This document shows positions 44,103 to 51,566 of a stretch of DNA of 64,000 nt, one piece after another. A model generated the notes under the pieces. It did not search any database. It saw only the letters and a program-made list of their open reading frames with translations, and was not told the origin of the DNA. The position numbers and the translations under genes were made by a program. The first letter of the stretch is position 1, and each line of letters starts with the position of its first letter. Origin of the DNA: an uncultured Ruminococcus sp. (GTDB lineage: Bacteria > Bacillota > Clostridia > Oscillospirales > Acutalibacteraceae). The stretch spans positions 39,813 to 103,812 of the forward strand of contig CACYTI010000005.1 of assembly GCA_902777275.1 (NCBI GenBank), given 5' to 3'.

Positions 44103-44385
44103 GCGGCTCATTTGTCCCATAAGGGACGTGACAATATGAGCCGTTCGGTAAAAATGGCTTAAACACTGGACTTTTTCGAACGGCTCACATAAAAAACGAT
44201 ATGAGCCGTTCGGGAAATATATGAACCCCTTGACGCTGAAACGAATGTGTTTTGCCGCGTTTCTCTCCGAACGGCTCATATTATAATCAAGGTGAGCCGT
44301 TCGAAAAAACCGCATAGATAAGTCATTTTCCTCGAACGGCTCATATTACCGTATGTCCTTAGGGACATATGAACAACATGAACCG
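44103..44385. repeat. Array of four inverted-repeat pairs of the 11-14-nt motif CGAACGGCTCA(T/C)AT
   Basis: Motif copies lie at 44103-11, 44134-48(rc), 44175-90, 44199-214(rc), 44267-82, 44291-305(rc) and 44332-47, with a degenerate one at 44378-85(rc). Confidence 0.85.
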
Positions 44386-44410
44386 ACAATCAGTCCGCGC
44401 TCTTATCAAA

Positions 44411-44442
44411 GCAAAAAAGAACCCCCTGCGCGTCGCAGGAGG
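44411..44442 (-). terminator. metA intrinsic terminator
   Basis: On the minus strand CCTCCTGCG-ACG-CGCAGGGGG is followed by TTCTTTTTTG. Confidence 0.7.
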
Positions 44443-44448
44443 CCGGAT

Positions 44449-45393
44449 CTACTTCCTTTTCTTTTTCGGGGGCTTTTTTTTCAGCGTATTCAAATCGTAG
44501 GGCGTAGCCTGATATACGAAATAATTGAGCCAGTTTGTGTAAAGCAGAGTCGCGGTGCTGCGCCAGACGAGCGGCGGAGTCAGCGAAGCGTCATCGTCGG
44601 GGAAATAGTTGTAGGGAACCTGAATGTCTATTCCTCTGCTCAAATCGCGGAAATACTCGTTTGCGAGGGTTTCGCGGTCATACTCGGCGTGACCGGTTAT
44701 AAACACCTGCCTGCCCGTGCGGTTACAGATGACCGTGGGACCCGCCATTTCGGACTCCGCTAAGATTTCAAGTCCCATGTGGCGGCGGATATCCTCCGAC
44801 CTGACTCCCGTATAACGGGAATGAGGAATTGAAAAGCTGTCGTCAAAGCCGCGCATAAGCGGGTGATTCGGCTTGAGGACCCTGTGCGAATAAACGCCGC
44901 TGAGCTTTTCGTCAAACTGATATTTCTGTATTCCGTAGTGATAATAAAGCCCTGCCTGAGCGCCCCAGCAGATATGGAAGGTTGAGTAAACGTTGCTGTC
45001 AGCCCAGTCCATTATCTCGCAAAGCTCGTCCCAGTAATCGACCTCCTCAAACGCTATCTGCTCAACGGGCGCGCCCGTGATTATCAAGCCGTCGAACCTG
45101 TCGTCCTTGACCTGATCGAAGGTTTTGTAAAAGGTTGTAAGATGATGGGGCGAGGTGTTTTTGGAGGTATGAGAAGCCATTTGAAGCAGTTCGATATCAA
45201 CTTGGAGCGGACTGTTGCCCAAAAGCCGAAGAAGCTGAGTTTCGGTGGTGATTTTGGTGGGCATAAGGTTAAGAATCAATATTTTGAGCGGACGGATATC
45301 CTGCCTGAGCGCGACCTCGTTAGGCATTACAAAAATATTCTCACTTTCAAGTACCTTTATTGCCGGCAGATTGCTTTGAACTTTTATCGGCAT
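44449..45393 (-). CDS. metA: Homoserine O-acyltransferase (MetA family)
   Basis: It begins [23 protein letters not shown] and matches at full length. An unusual polybasic tail [10 protein letters not shown] is present. Confidence 0.95.
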   Translation of the reverse strand: MPIKVQSNLPAIKVLESENIFVMPNEVALRQDIRPLKILILNLMPTKITTETQLLRLLGNSPLQVDIELLQMASHTSKNTSPHHLTTFYKTFDQVKDDRFDGLIITGAPVEQIAFEEVDYWDELCEIMDWADSNVYSTFHICWGAQAGLYYHYGIQKYQFDEKLSGVYSHRVLKPNHPLMRGFDDSFSIPHSRYTGVRSEDIRRHMGLEILAESEMAGPTVICNRTGRQVFITGHAEYDRETLANEYFRDLSRGIDIQVPYNYFPDDDASLTPPLVWRSTATLLYTNWLNYFVYQATPYDLNTLKKKPPKKKRK

Positions 45394-45424
45394 ATTCTCA
45401 CGTCCTCTTTCCTGTTATTTAGTT

Positions 45425-45452
45425 TAGAGAGTGGTGTGTGGAGAGTGGAGTT
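45425..45452 (-). repeat. R4 flank module (GGAGAGTGGAGTT type)
   Basis: It is the inverted partner of 45641-45674, and together they bracket R1 copy 45527-45642. Confidence 0.75.
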
Positions 45453-45526
45453 GACTGTCAACTTAGCTTCTAATTGCATAAACAGACGTTTGGCTACTAA
45501 ATTGAGATGAGTCTGTCAATGAGATT

Positions 45527-45642
45527 GTAGGGGCGAACCTGTGTGTTCGCCCTTAAACCGACGTTTGTTTCCCGTCCGCTTGTTGATAGAACAATTGCGT
45601 TTTGTTCAACGCCCACGGGCGCACACATGGGTGCGCCCCTTA
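45527..45642 (-). repeat. R1 (REPIN-like) copy, reverse orientation
   Basis: The sequence is GTAGGGGCGAACCTGTGTGTTCGCCC - core(rc) - GGGCGCACACATGGGTGCGCCCCTTA. Confidence 0.9.
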
Positions 45643-45674
45643 ACTCCACTCTCCACACTCCAAATTCCACACTG
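45641..45674 (+). repeat. R4 flank module (AACTCCACTCTCCACACTCC..)
   Basis: It recurs at 3983-4006 and 61512-61545, and inverted at 45425-52, 49396-49410 and 61264-93. Confidence 0.75.
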
Positions 45675-45679
45675 AATTC

Positions 45680-47119
45680 TTAATACTGTTTTCCCCAATA
45701 GACCATGTGCTTTGCGGGTCTGCCGCAGCACACGCATACGTCGGAGAGGTTTTCTTCCTCAAAGGGGATACAGCGGCTCTTAACGCCGCCCGTTTCGTCC
45801 TTGAGCTTATCCTCGCAGGCGCTGTCTCCGCACCACATAGCCTTGATAAAGCCCGGGGTTTCGGCGGCTGTTTTTATGAATTCCTCGCGGCTTGTCGCCG
45901 TAAAGGTTTTTTGCTTTGTGTTTTCAAGCGCGCGGGCGTACATATCGTCGTGGATTTTGACCATAAGCTCCGAGACAAAAACGCTCAGATTTTCGAGCGG
46001 CACGAATGCTTTTTCGCGCGTGTCCCGGCGGACGACTACGCACTGACCCTTTTCGATATCCTTGGGTCCTATCTCAACCCTCACCGGCACGCCCTTCATC
46101 TCGTACTCGGCAAACTTCCAGCCGGGAGCGTGGTCGGAATCGTCAAGCTTAACGCGGAATTTCTCCGAAAGCTCCTTTTTAAGCTCGTAAGCCTTATCGA
46201 GAACGCCCTCCTTATGCTGGGCTACGGGGATTATGGCAACCTGTATCGGCGCGATCTTGGGCGGCAGAACAAGTCCGTCGTCGTCGCTGTGAACCATTAT
46301 AAGAGCGCCTATCATTCTTGTGGAGGTGCCCCATGAGGTCTGGTGCGGAAAGTGGAGCTTGTTGTCCTTGCCTGTGTATGTAATGCCGAAGCTTTTTGCA
46401 AAGCCGTCGCCGAAGTAGTGGGAGGTACCGCCCTGCAGGGCAACACCGTTGTGCATCATAGGCTCGATCGTGTAGGTTTCCTCGGCTCCCGCAAACTTTT
46501 CCTTTTCGGTTTTTCTGCCGTATACGGCGGGAATAGCCATTGTTTCTTTATAAAAATCAATATAGACATTGAGCATTCTGAGGGTTTCCTCGCGCGCCTC
46601 CTCCTCGGTGGCGTGCATGGTGTGACCCTCCTGCCAGAGAAATTCAGAGGTGCGCAGGAACGGACGGGTCGTTTTCTCCCATCTTACAACGCTGCACCAC
46701 TGATTGTAAAGCTTCGGAAGGTCGCGGTAGGTATTGATGACCTTTTTGTAGTGCTCGCAAAAAAGAGTCTCAGAGGTGGGACGGACGGCAAGACGCTCGG
46801 TGAGCTTTTCCTGACCGCCGACCGTCACCCACGCACATTCGGGAGCGAAGCCCTCAACATGGTCCTTTTCCCTCTGCAAAAGGCTCTCGGGAATGAACAT
46901 CGGCATATAAACATTTTCGTGACCCGTTTCCTTGAAGCGCCTGTCCATGTCAGCCTGCATAAGCTCCCAGATAGCATAGCCGTAGGGACGAATGACCATG
47001 CAGCCCTTTACGCCCGAATAATCCGCAAGCTCAGCCTTTTTTACAATGTCGGTGTACCATTTTGCAAAATCCTCGTCGCGGCTTGTTATAGCCTCGACCA
47101 TTTTTTTATTTCCTGCCAT
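45680..47119 (-). CDS. proS: Proline--tRNA ligase (archaeal/eukaryote-like short form)
   Basis: It begins [25 protein letters not shown] and matches at full length. The C-terminal Zn motif is CxxC..CxxC. Confidence 0.95.
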   Translation of the reverse strand: MAGNKKMVEAITSRDEDFAKWYTDIVKKAELADYSGVKGCMVIRPYGYAIWELMQADMDRRFKETGHENVYMPMFIPESLLQREKDHVEGFAPECAWVTVGGQEKLTERLAVRPTSETLFCEHYKKVINTYRDLPKLYNQWCSVVRWEKTTRPFLRTSEFLWQEGHTMHATEEEAREETLRMLNVYIDFYKETMAIPAVYGRKTEKEKFAGAEETYTIEPMMHNGVALQGGTSHYFGDGFAKSFGITYTGKDNKLHFPHQTSWGTSTRMIGALIMVHSDDDGLVLPPKIAPIQVAIIPVAQHKEGVLDKAYELKKELSEKFRVKLDDSDHAPGWKFAEYEMKGVPVRVEIGPKDIEKGQCVVVRRDTREKAFVPLENLSVFVSELMVKIHDDMYARALENTKQKTFTATSREEFIKTAAETPGFIKAMWCGDSACEDKLKDETGGVKSRCIPFEEENLSDVCVCCGRPAKHMVYWGKQY

Positions 47120-47348
47120 ATTGTTTCCTCCGTTTGGTTATGGGGTGATTGATTGTATAACATTTCTATTATACAGCATTTTTTATTTTTTGCAAGTGTT
47201 TTATTTCCCGTTGCCACGGGAGGGCAGGGAGCCTGTTAATACGTTAGAATAAAAACAAGCCTTCCTTCAACGGCGCATTTTACGCCGGCACGACAGTAAG
47301 GTTTTTATCAAACGTATGAAGCGCGTAACGCAGCAACAACCGCGCTGT

Positions 47349-47513
47349 GTATTGTCACGTATTGTCACGTGTCACAGAGGTAAGAAGATATATTCTTTAA
47401 GCGTCAGTATTGTCCCCGATATACAGGAACCTTATTTGAAGTCCTTTTATATATAAAAATTTATAAAATTTGAAGCTCATACCCTTGTGACGGGTGACAA
47501 TACGTGACAATAC
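47349..47513. repeat. 27-bp inverted repeats (25/27 match), each made of phased GTATTGTCAC units, flanking a 111-bp AT-rich core
   Basis: The left arm is at 47349-47375 (GTATTGTCACGTATTGTCACGTGTCAC). The right arm is at 47487-47513 (GTGACGGGTGACAATACGTGACAATAC). Confidence 0.9.
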
Positions 47514-47534
47514 GTGCGCAATCGCGTAACTAAA

Positions 47535-49379
47535 TTACTTTTCATCATCTGTGCCTTCAACGTGAAAATAATTATAAACTGCCTGAGCGCAGTCGCGCGT
47601 CATTTTCGGGGCATCTATAAGCTCCTGCAAATCAGCCTTTGAGATGTTTTCGATCGTGCGGAAATGCTTTAGCAGAGCCTTTGCCCTGACCTCGCCCACT
47701 CCGTCTATCGAGGTCAGCGAGCTGCGGAACACGGCGTTTTTCCTGCGCGTGTGGTGATAGCCCACGGCAAAGCGGTGGACTTCGTCCTGCATTTTGCTTA
47801 GGAACGCGAACAGAGCGCGCTTGGAGCTGATTGATATCTCTCCGCCGTCGCCCGTGACCGCGCGCGTGCGGTGCTTGTCGTCCTTCACAAGCCCGAAGAG
47901 CGGAACATCAATATTCATTCTGTTCATAACCTCGCGCACCGCCGCGACCTGTCCCTTTCCTCCGTCGAGCAGGATAAGGTCGGGCAGCCTGCCAAAGCCC
48001 TCTTCGGAAGCTTCGGCTTTTAGGTACTCCTCAAATCGGCGCGTCAGGGTCTCAGCCATTGAAGCGTAGTCGTCCTGTCCCTCAAAGCCCTTTATCTTAA
48101 ACTTGCGGTAGGCGCTTTTAAGCGGTCTGCCGTTTTTGTATACGACCATTCCCGCGACGTTTTCGGTGCCCGCAAGGTTTGAAATGTCGTAGCACTCAAT
48201 ATATTCGGGCAGCTTTTCAAGCGCGAGAGCCTGCTTCAGCTCCTCTAAAACTCCGTACTCGCGCACCGTCGCTCCCTGCTGCTGAGCCAAAGCCTCAGCC
48301 GCGTTTGAACGGCACATGGCGCAGAGCTGCGCCTGCTCGCCGCGCTGCGGAACGGTTAGGCTGACCTTGGAACCGCGCTTTTCGCTGAGCCAACGCTGAA
48401 CGTCCTCCAAGCCCTCAAAGCCGCTGCCGAGCGCTATCGTTTTCGGTATATCGTTTCTGAGCGTGTAGTAGCTTATCAAAAATTCCTCGGTATCGGTTTC
48501 GCTGTCGCCGCTTTCAAAAATAAAGCTCTCGCGGTCAAACAGCCTGCCGCCCTCAAAGCGGAACACCTGAAAGCAGGTTTTGCCTCCCGCCGAAAAGCCC
48601 GCTATAACGTCCTCCTCAAGCTCCCTGCTCAGAATGACCTTCTGCTTGTCGCCCATTTTTTTAACGGCTGCTATTTTGTCCCGTATACGCGCGGCGCGCT
48701 CAAACTCAAGATTTTCAGCCGCTTCCTCCATTTGAGCGGTGAGCTGCTTTACCGAGTGCGACGAGCCGCCCTTGAGAAAATCGAGCGCCTGCCGCAGGCT
48801 TTCGCGGTAATCCTCAAGCTTTACCCTGCCCGTGCAGGGAGCCATACACTGCTTTATGTGGTAGTTCAGGCACGGGCGCGCCTTGCGAAAATCGCGCGGG
48901 AACTGCCTGCCGCAGGTCGGTAGCATAAAGATTTTGTTAGCCTCCTCGACCGCGCTCTTTACATAAAAGCTGCTTTTGTACGGTCCGATATAAGTAGCGC
49001 CGTCGTCCGCCTTTTGCAGAGCATAGCTGAGCTTGCCCCAGTCGCCCGGGCTGATTTTGATATAGCTGTAGCCCTTGTCGTCCTTTAGCAGGATATTGTA
49101 TTTGGGCGCGTGCTGCTTGATAAGGCTGCATTCGAGAATAAGCGCCTCGAATTCACTGTCGGTTATGATATACTCGAAGTCGTCAACGTTGTCAACCATG
49201 CGCCTCACCTTTTCGGGGTGATTGTTCTGCGAGCCGAAATACTGGCTGACGCGGTTTTTCAACGCCTTAGCCTTACCTATATAAATAATGCCGCCGTCCG
49301 CACCGTGCATTATATACACGCCCGGCAAAAGCGGCAGCGCCATAGCCTTTTTGCGTAATTCACTTATTTTGGGATTCAT
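47535..49379 (-). CDS. uvrC: Excinuclease ABC subunit C
   Basis: It has a GIY-YIG N-terminus (GVYIMHGADGGIIYIGKAKALKNRV), a UVR domain and a C-terminal HhH. Confidence 0.95.
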   Translation of the reverse strand: MNPKISELRKKAMALPLLPGVYIMHGADGGIIYIGKAKALKNRVSQYFGSQNNHPEKVRRMVDNVDDFEYIITDSEFEALILECSLIKQHAPKYNILLKDDKGYSYIKISPGDWGKLSYALQKADDGATYIGPYKSSFYVKSAVEEANKIFMLPTCGRQFPRDFRKARPCLNYHIKQCMAPCTGRVKLEDYRESLRQALDFLKGGSSHSVKQLTAQMEEAAENLEFERAARIRDKIAAVKKMGDKQKVILSRELEEDVIAGFSAGGKTCFQVFRFEGGRLFDRESFIFESGDSETDTEEFLISYYTLRNDIPKTIALGSGFEGLEDVQRWLSEKRGSKVSLTVPQRGEQAQLCAMCRSNAAEALAQQQGATVREYGVLEELKQALALEKLPEYIECYDISNLAGTENVAGMVVYKNGRPLKSAYRKFKIKGFEGQDDYASMAETLTRRFEEYLKAEASEEGFGRLPDLILLDGGKGQVAAVREVMNRMNIDVPLFGLVKDDKHRTRAVTGDGGEISISSKRALFAFLSKMQDEVHRFAVGYHHTRRKNAVFRSSLTSIDGVGEVRAKALLKHFRTIENISKADLQELIDAPKMTRDCAQAVYNYFHVEGTDDEK

Positions 49380-49497
49380 TGTATCACCCGTTTGATTTAG
49401 TGTGGAGTTAAGGGGCGCAAAGCGCCGAGTTGTAATGCTGTGGGATATGGGTATTACCTTTCTGCCATTTGGGAAATTTGCTGTTATCCTTAACGTC

Positions 49498-49615
49498 GTA
49501 GGGTCGCACCCATGTGTGCGACCGGGAGCGCTGAATCATAAGTTTTGTTTCTTACCAACAATCGGACGTGAAAACAACGTCAGTGCCGAGGTCGCACACG
49601 CGGGTGCGACCCTAC
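49498..49615 (+). repeat. R1 (REPIN-like) copy
   Basis: The sequence is GTAGGGTCGCACCCATGTGTGCGACC - core - GGTCGCACACGCGGGTGCGACCCTAC. Confidence 0.9.
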
Positions 49616-49668
49616 AATCTCAAGAAAACGAATTAATCAACAAAAAAGCTCGTGCAGTCTTAATCTGC

Positions 49669-49746
49669 CGCATTTTAACGCGGCGTTTATTAAAGGTAAT
49701 CTTTAAACGACGCTGTCCAAAGCCGCCGAAAGCACCCACCGGTGCA
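49669..49746 (+). repeat. R3 element copy a
   Basis: It reads CGCATTTTAACGCGGCGTTTATTAAAGGTAATCTTTAAACGACGCTGTCCAAAGCCGCCGAAAGCACCCACCGGTGCA. The second copy is at 54986-55063. Confidence 0.85.
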
Positions 49747-49773
49747 GAAAAAAACGGGCGGATTGCTCCGCCC
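49747..49773 (-). terminator. ptsH intrinsic terminator
   Basis: On the minus strand GGGCGG-AGCAAT-CCGCCC is followed by GTTTTTTTC. Confidence 0.7.
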
Positions 49774-49794
49774 ATAAATAACAGCAAATATTAA

Positions 49795-50058
49795 TTACTC
49801 TGCAAAGCCCGATTCAACAAGAGCCGAAAGACCGTCAACAGCCTCAGTCTCGTCGGGACCGTCCGCAATAATCTTGATCGTAGTGCCGCCGATGATTCCG
49901 AGGGACAATACGCCCAACAGACTCTTGGCGTTAACGCGGCGCTCTTCCTTCTCAACCCAGATAGTAGCCCTGTACTCGTTCGCCTTCTGAATGAAGAAAG
50001 TTGCGGGGCGAGCGTGAAGACCGGCTTTGTTCTGAACTAATACTTCCTTAACATACAT
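49795..50058 (-). CDS. ptsH: Phosphocarrier protein HPr
   Basis: GLHARPA (His15) and KSLLGVLSLG (Ser46) are present. The start is ATG 50058. Confidence 0.9.
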   Translation of the reverse strand: MYVKEVLVQNKAGLHARPATFFIQKANEYRATIWVEKEERRVNAKSLLGVLSLGIIGGTTIKIIADGPDETEAVDGLSALVESGFAE

Positions 50059-50117
50059 TTTAAATACCCTCTTCTCTGTCAAAGATAAATTGAAATGGTT
50101 TTCTAAACCTCTTTAAC

Positions 50118-50146
50118 ATTATAAACATTTTTTTTCCTGAGGTCAA
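50118..50146 (-). promoter_or_regulatory. ptsH promoter (TTGACC-17-TATAAT)
   Basis: The -35 is at 50141-46 and the -10 at 50118-23 on the minus strand. Confidence 0.55.
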
Positions 50147-50269
50147 TAACTAAATGAAAATTCGTTTGAATTTTCACTCGGCATATAAAATAATACCTGT
50201 TTATTGTGCAATTTTACAAAGAATTGCGTCGATTTGCCTGTATTAAATCCAACATACCGCAATACTTTA

Positions 50270-50358
50270 GGGAATTTCTGATAATTCAATGAGCTTTGGC
50301 AAGATTATGCCGTGAATATTCCGTGCTTATGCGCGGCAGGGGATTGTTAGCGGTTCCC
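50270..50358 (+). repeat. R2 element, long (89-nt) form
   Basis: It reads GGGAATTTCTGATAATTC...CCGTGCTTATGCGCGG..GGATTGTTAGCGGTTCCC. It lies between the trmD stop and the ptsH promoter. Confidence 0.9.
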
Positions 50359-50370
50359 TTTGCAGCAATA

Positions 50371-51051
50371 TTACTGTTTAAGCAAATCGGGGCGCTTTTC
50401 ACGGGTGACTTTTTCGCTCATTTCCCTGCGCCATTTTTCAATATTCGCGTGGTGTCCGCTCAGCAGAACGTCGGGCACCTCCATTCCGCGCCACACGGCG
50501 GGCTTTGTATACTGCGGATATTCAAGCAGACCGTTGAAATGGCTCTCCTCGGTAAAGCACTCGTTGTTTGTCAGCACACCCGGAACCATGCGGCACAGGG
50601 CGTCCGTAAAGACCATTGCGGGTATTTCGCCGCCGGTCAGCACGTAGTCGCCTATCGAGATCTCCTCGTCTATCAGGCTGTCTATCAGCCGCTGGTCAAC
50701 GCCTTCGTAGTGACCGCAGAGCACACAGATGTTTTCAAACTCTGCAAGCTGCTTCAGCCTGCCCTGAGTGAGAGTTTTGCCCCGGGGCGACATATATATA
50801 AAATGAGGTCTTGAACCTGTTTCGGCGCAAATCGACTCAAAGCAGAGCGCGATAGGCTCCGCCTTCATAAGCATACCCATACCGCCGCCGTAGGGAGAGT
50901 CGTCAACGCGGCGGTGCTTGTCAAAGGCAAAATCCCTTAACTGCCGGGTATGTATCTCGACCGCTCCGCTTTTTTGCGCCCTGCCGATTATGCTTTCGCC
51001 CAAAACGGGCGCGAACATCTCGGGAAACAGCGTGATGATGTCAATTCTCAT
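50371..51051 (-). CDS. trmD: tRNA (guanine37-N1)-methyltransferase
   Basis: It begins MRIDIITLFPEMF and matches at full length. It overlaps the rimM end. Confidence 0.95.
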   Translation of the reverse strand: MRIDIITLFPEMFAPVLGESIIGRAQKSGAVEIHTRQLRDFAFDKHRRVDDSPYGGGMGMLMKAEPIALCFESICAETGSRPHFIYMSPRGKTLTQGRLKQLAEFENICVLCGHYEGVDQRLIDSLIDEEISIGDYVLTGGEIPAMVFTDALCRMVPGVLTNNECFTEESHFNGLLEYPQYTKPAVWRGMEVPDVLLSGHHANIEKWRREMSEKVTREKRPDLLKQ

Positions 51052-51553
51052 CGTCAAAAATCCCTTTCATCGGGGTGATCAGCACATATCCGCCGTCGGT
51101 GTTGATTTCGCGCACCACCTCGTCAATAACGGGCGCAAGGTACTTTTTTCCGTCCCGCGTGATTTCATAAACATCATTTGCTCCCGTGCGGAGAACGTCG
51201 GTCAGAACGCCGTATGCCTCGCCCGTGTCAAAGTCGCGCACTTCAAGCCCGATAAGGTCCTGAACGAAATGCACGCCCTCGTCAAGCTTAACGTCCGCCC
51301 GGTCGATATAGATTATCCTTCCACGCAGACGCTCGGCGGCTTCGATAGTGTCAACTCCTTCGATTTTGCAAAGCGTTATATTTTTGTGCGGCCGCGACTT
51401 GACCTTTATTTTATTTACGCCTTCGTCGTCAAGATAAAGCGTCTTGAACGCGCACAGGAACTCGGGAGAATCGCACCACGGCTCGATCCTGACCTCGCCC
51501 TTTATGCCGTGGGTACCCACGATTTTTCCGCTGTCAAGAAATTGTTTTTTCAT
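51041..51553 (-). CDS. rimM: 16S rRNA processing protein RimM
   Basis: It carries GKIVGTHGIKGEVRI, a PRC barrel and an upstream GAGGGAG SD. Confidence 0.9.
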   Translation of the reverse strand: MKKQFLDSGKIVGTHGIKGEVRIEPWCDSPEFLCAFKTLYLDDEGVNKIKVKSRPHKNITLCKIEGVDTIEAAERLRGRIIYIDRADVKLDEGVHFVQDLIGLEVRDFDTGEAYGVLTDVLRTGANDVYEITRDGKKYLAPVIDEVVREINTDGGYVLITPMKGIFDDEN

Positions 51554-51566
51554 CGGTTCACTCCCT

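Noticed and set aside
47120-47348. The expected T-box leader upstream of proS and the SAM (S-box) riboswitch upstream of metA (45394-45679).
   Set aside because: I looked on the minus strand for the T-box core (..GGTGGTACCGCG..) and for S-box conserved helices and found neither. Both spacers are occupied by repeat modules instead. A profile scan (Rfam) would be needed to be certain.
49402-49794. ORFs that read through repeats and give recurring peptides (VGAHPCVRP..., ..RVRPY, RRL.KVIF..PKPPKAPTGA). They occur at 49402-49794, 61272-61733, 28688-28879, 54911-55114 and 43635-43823.
   Set aside because: The shared peptide segments are simply translations of R1, R3 and the long-IR element in arbitrary frames. 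The frames differ between copies, there are no SD sequences, and hairpin stems covary at the nucleotide level rather than the codon level.
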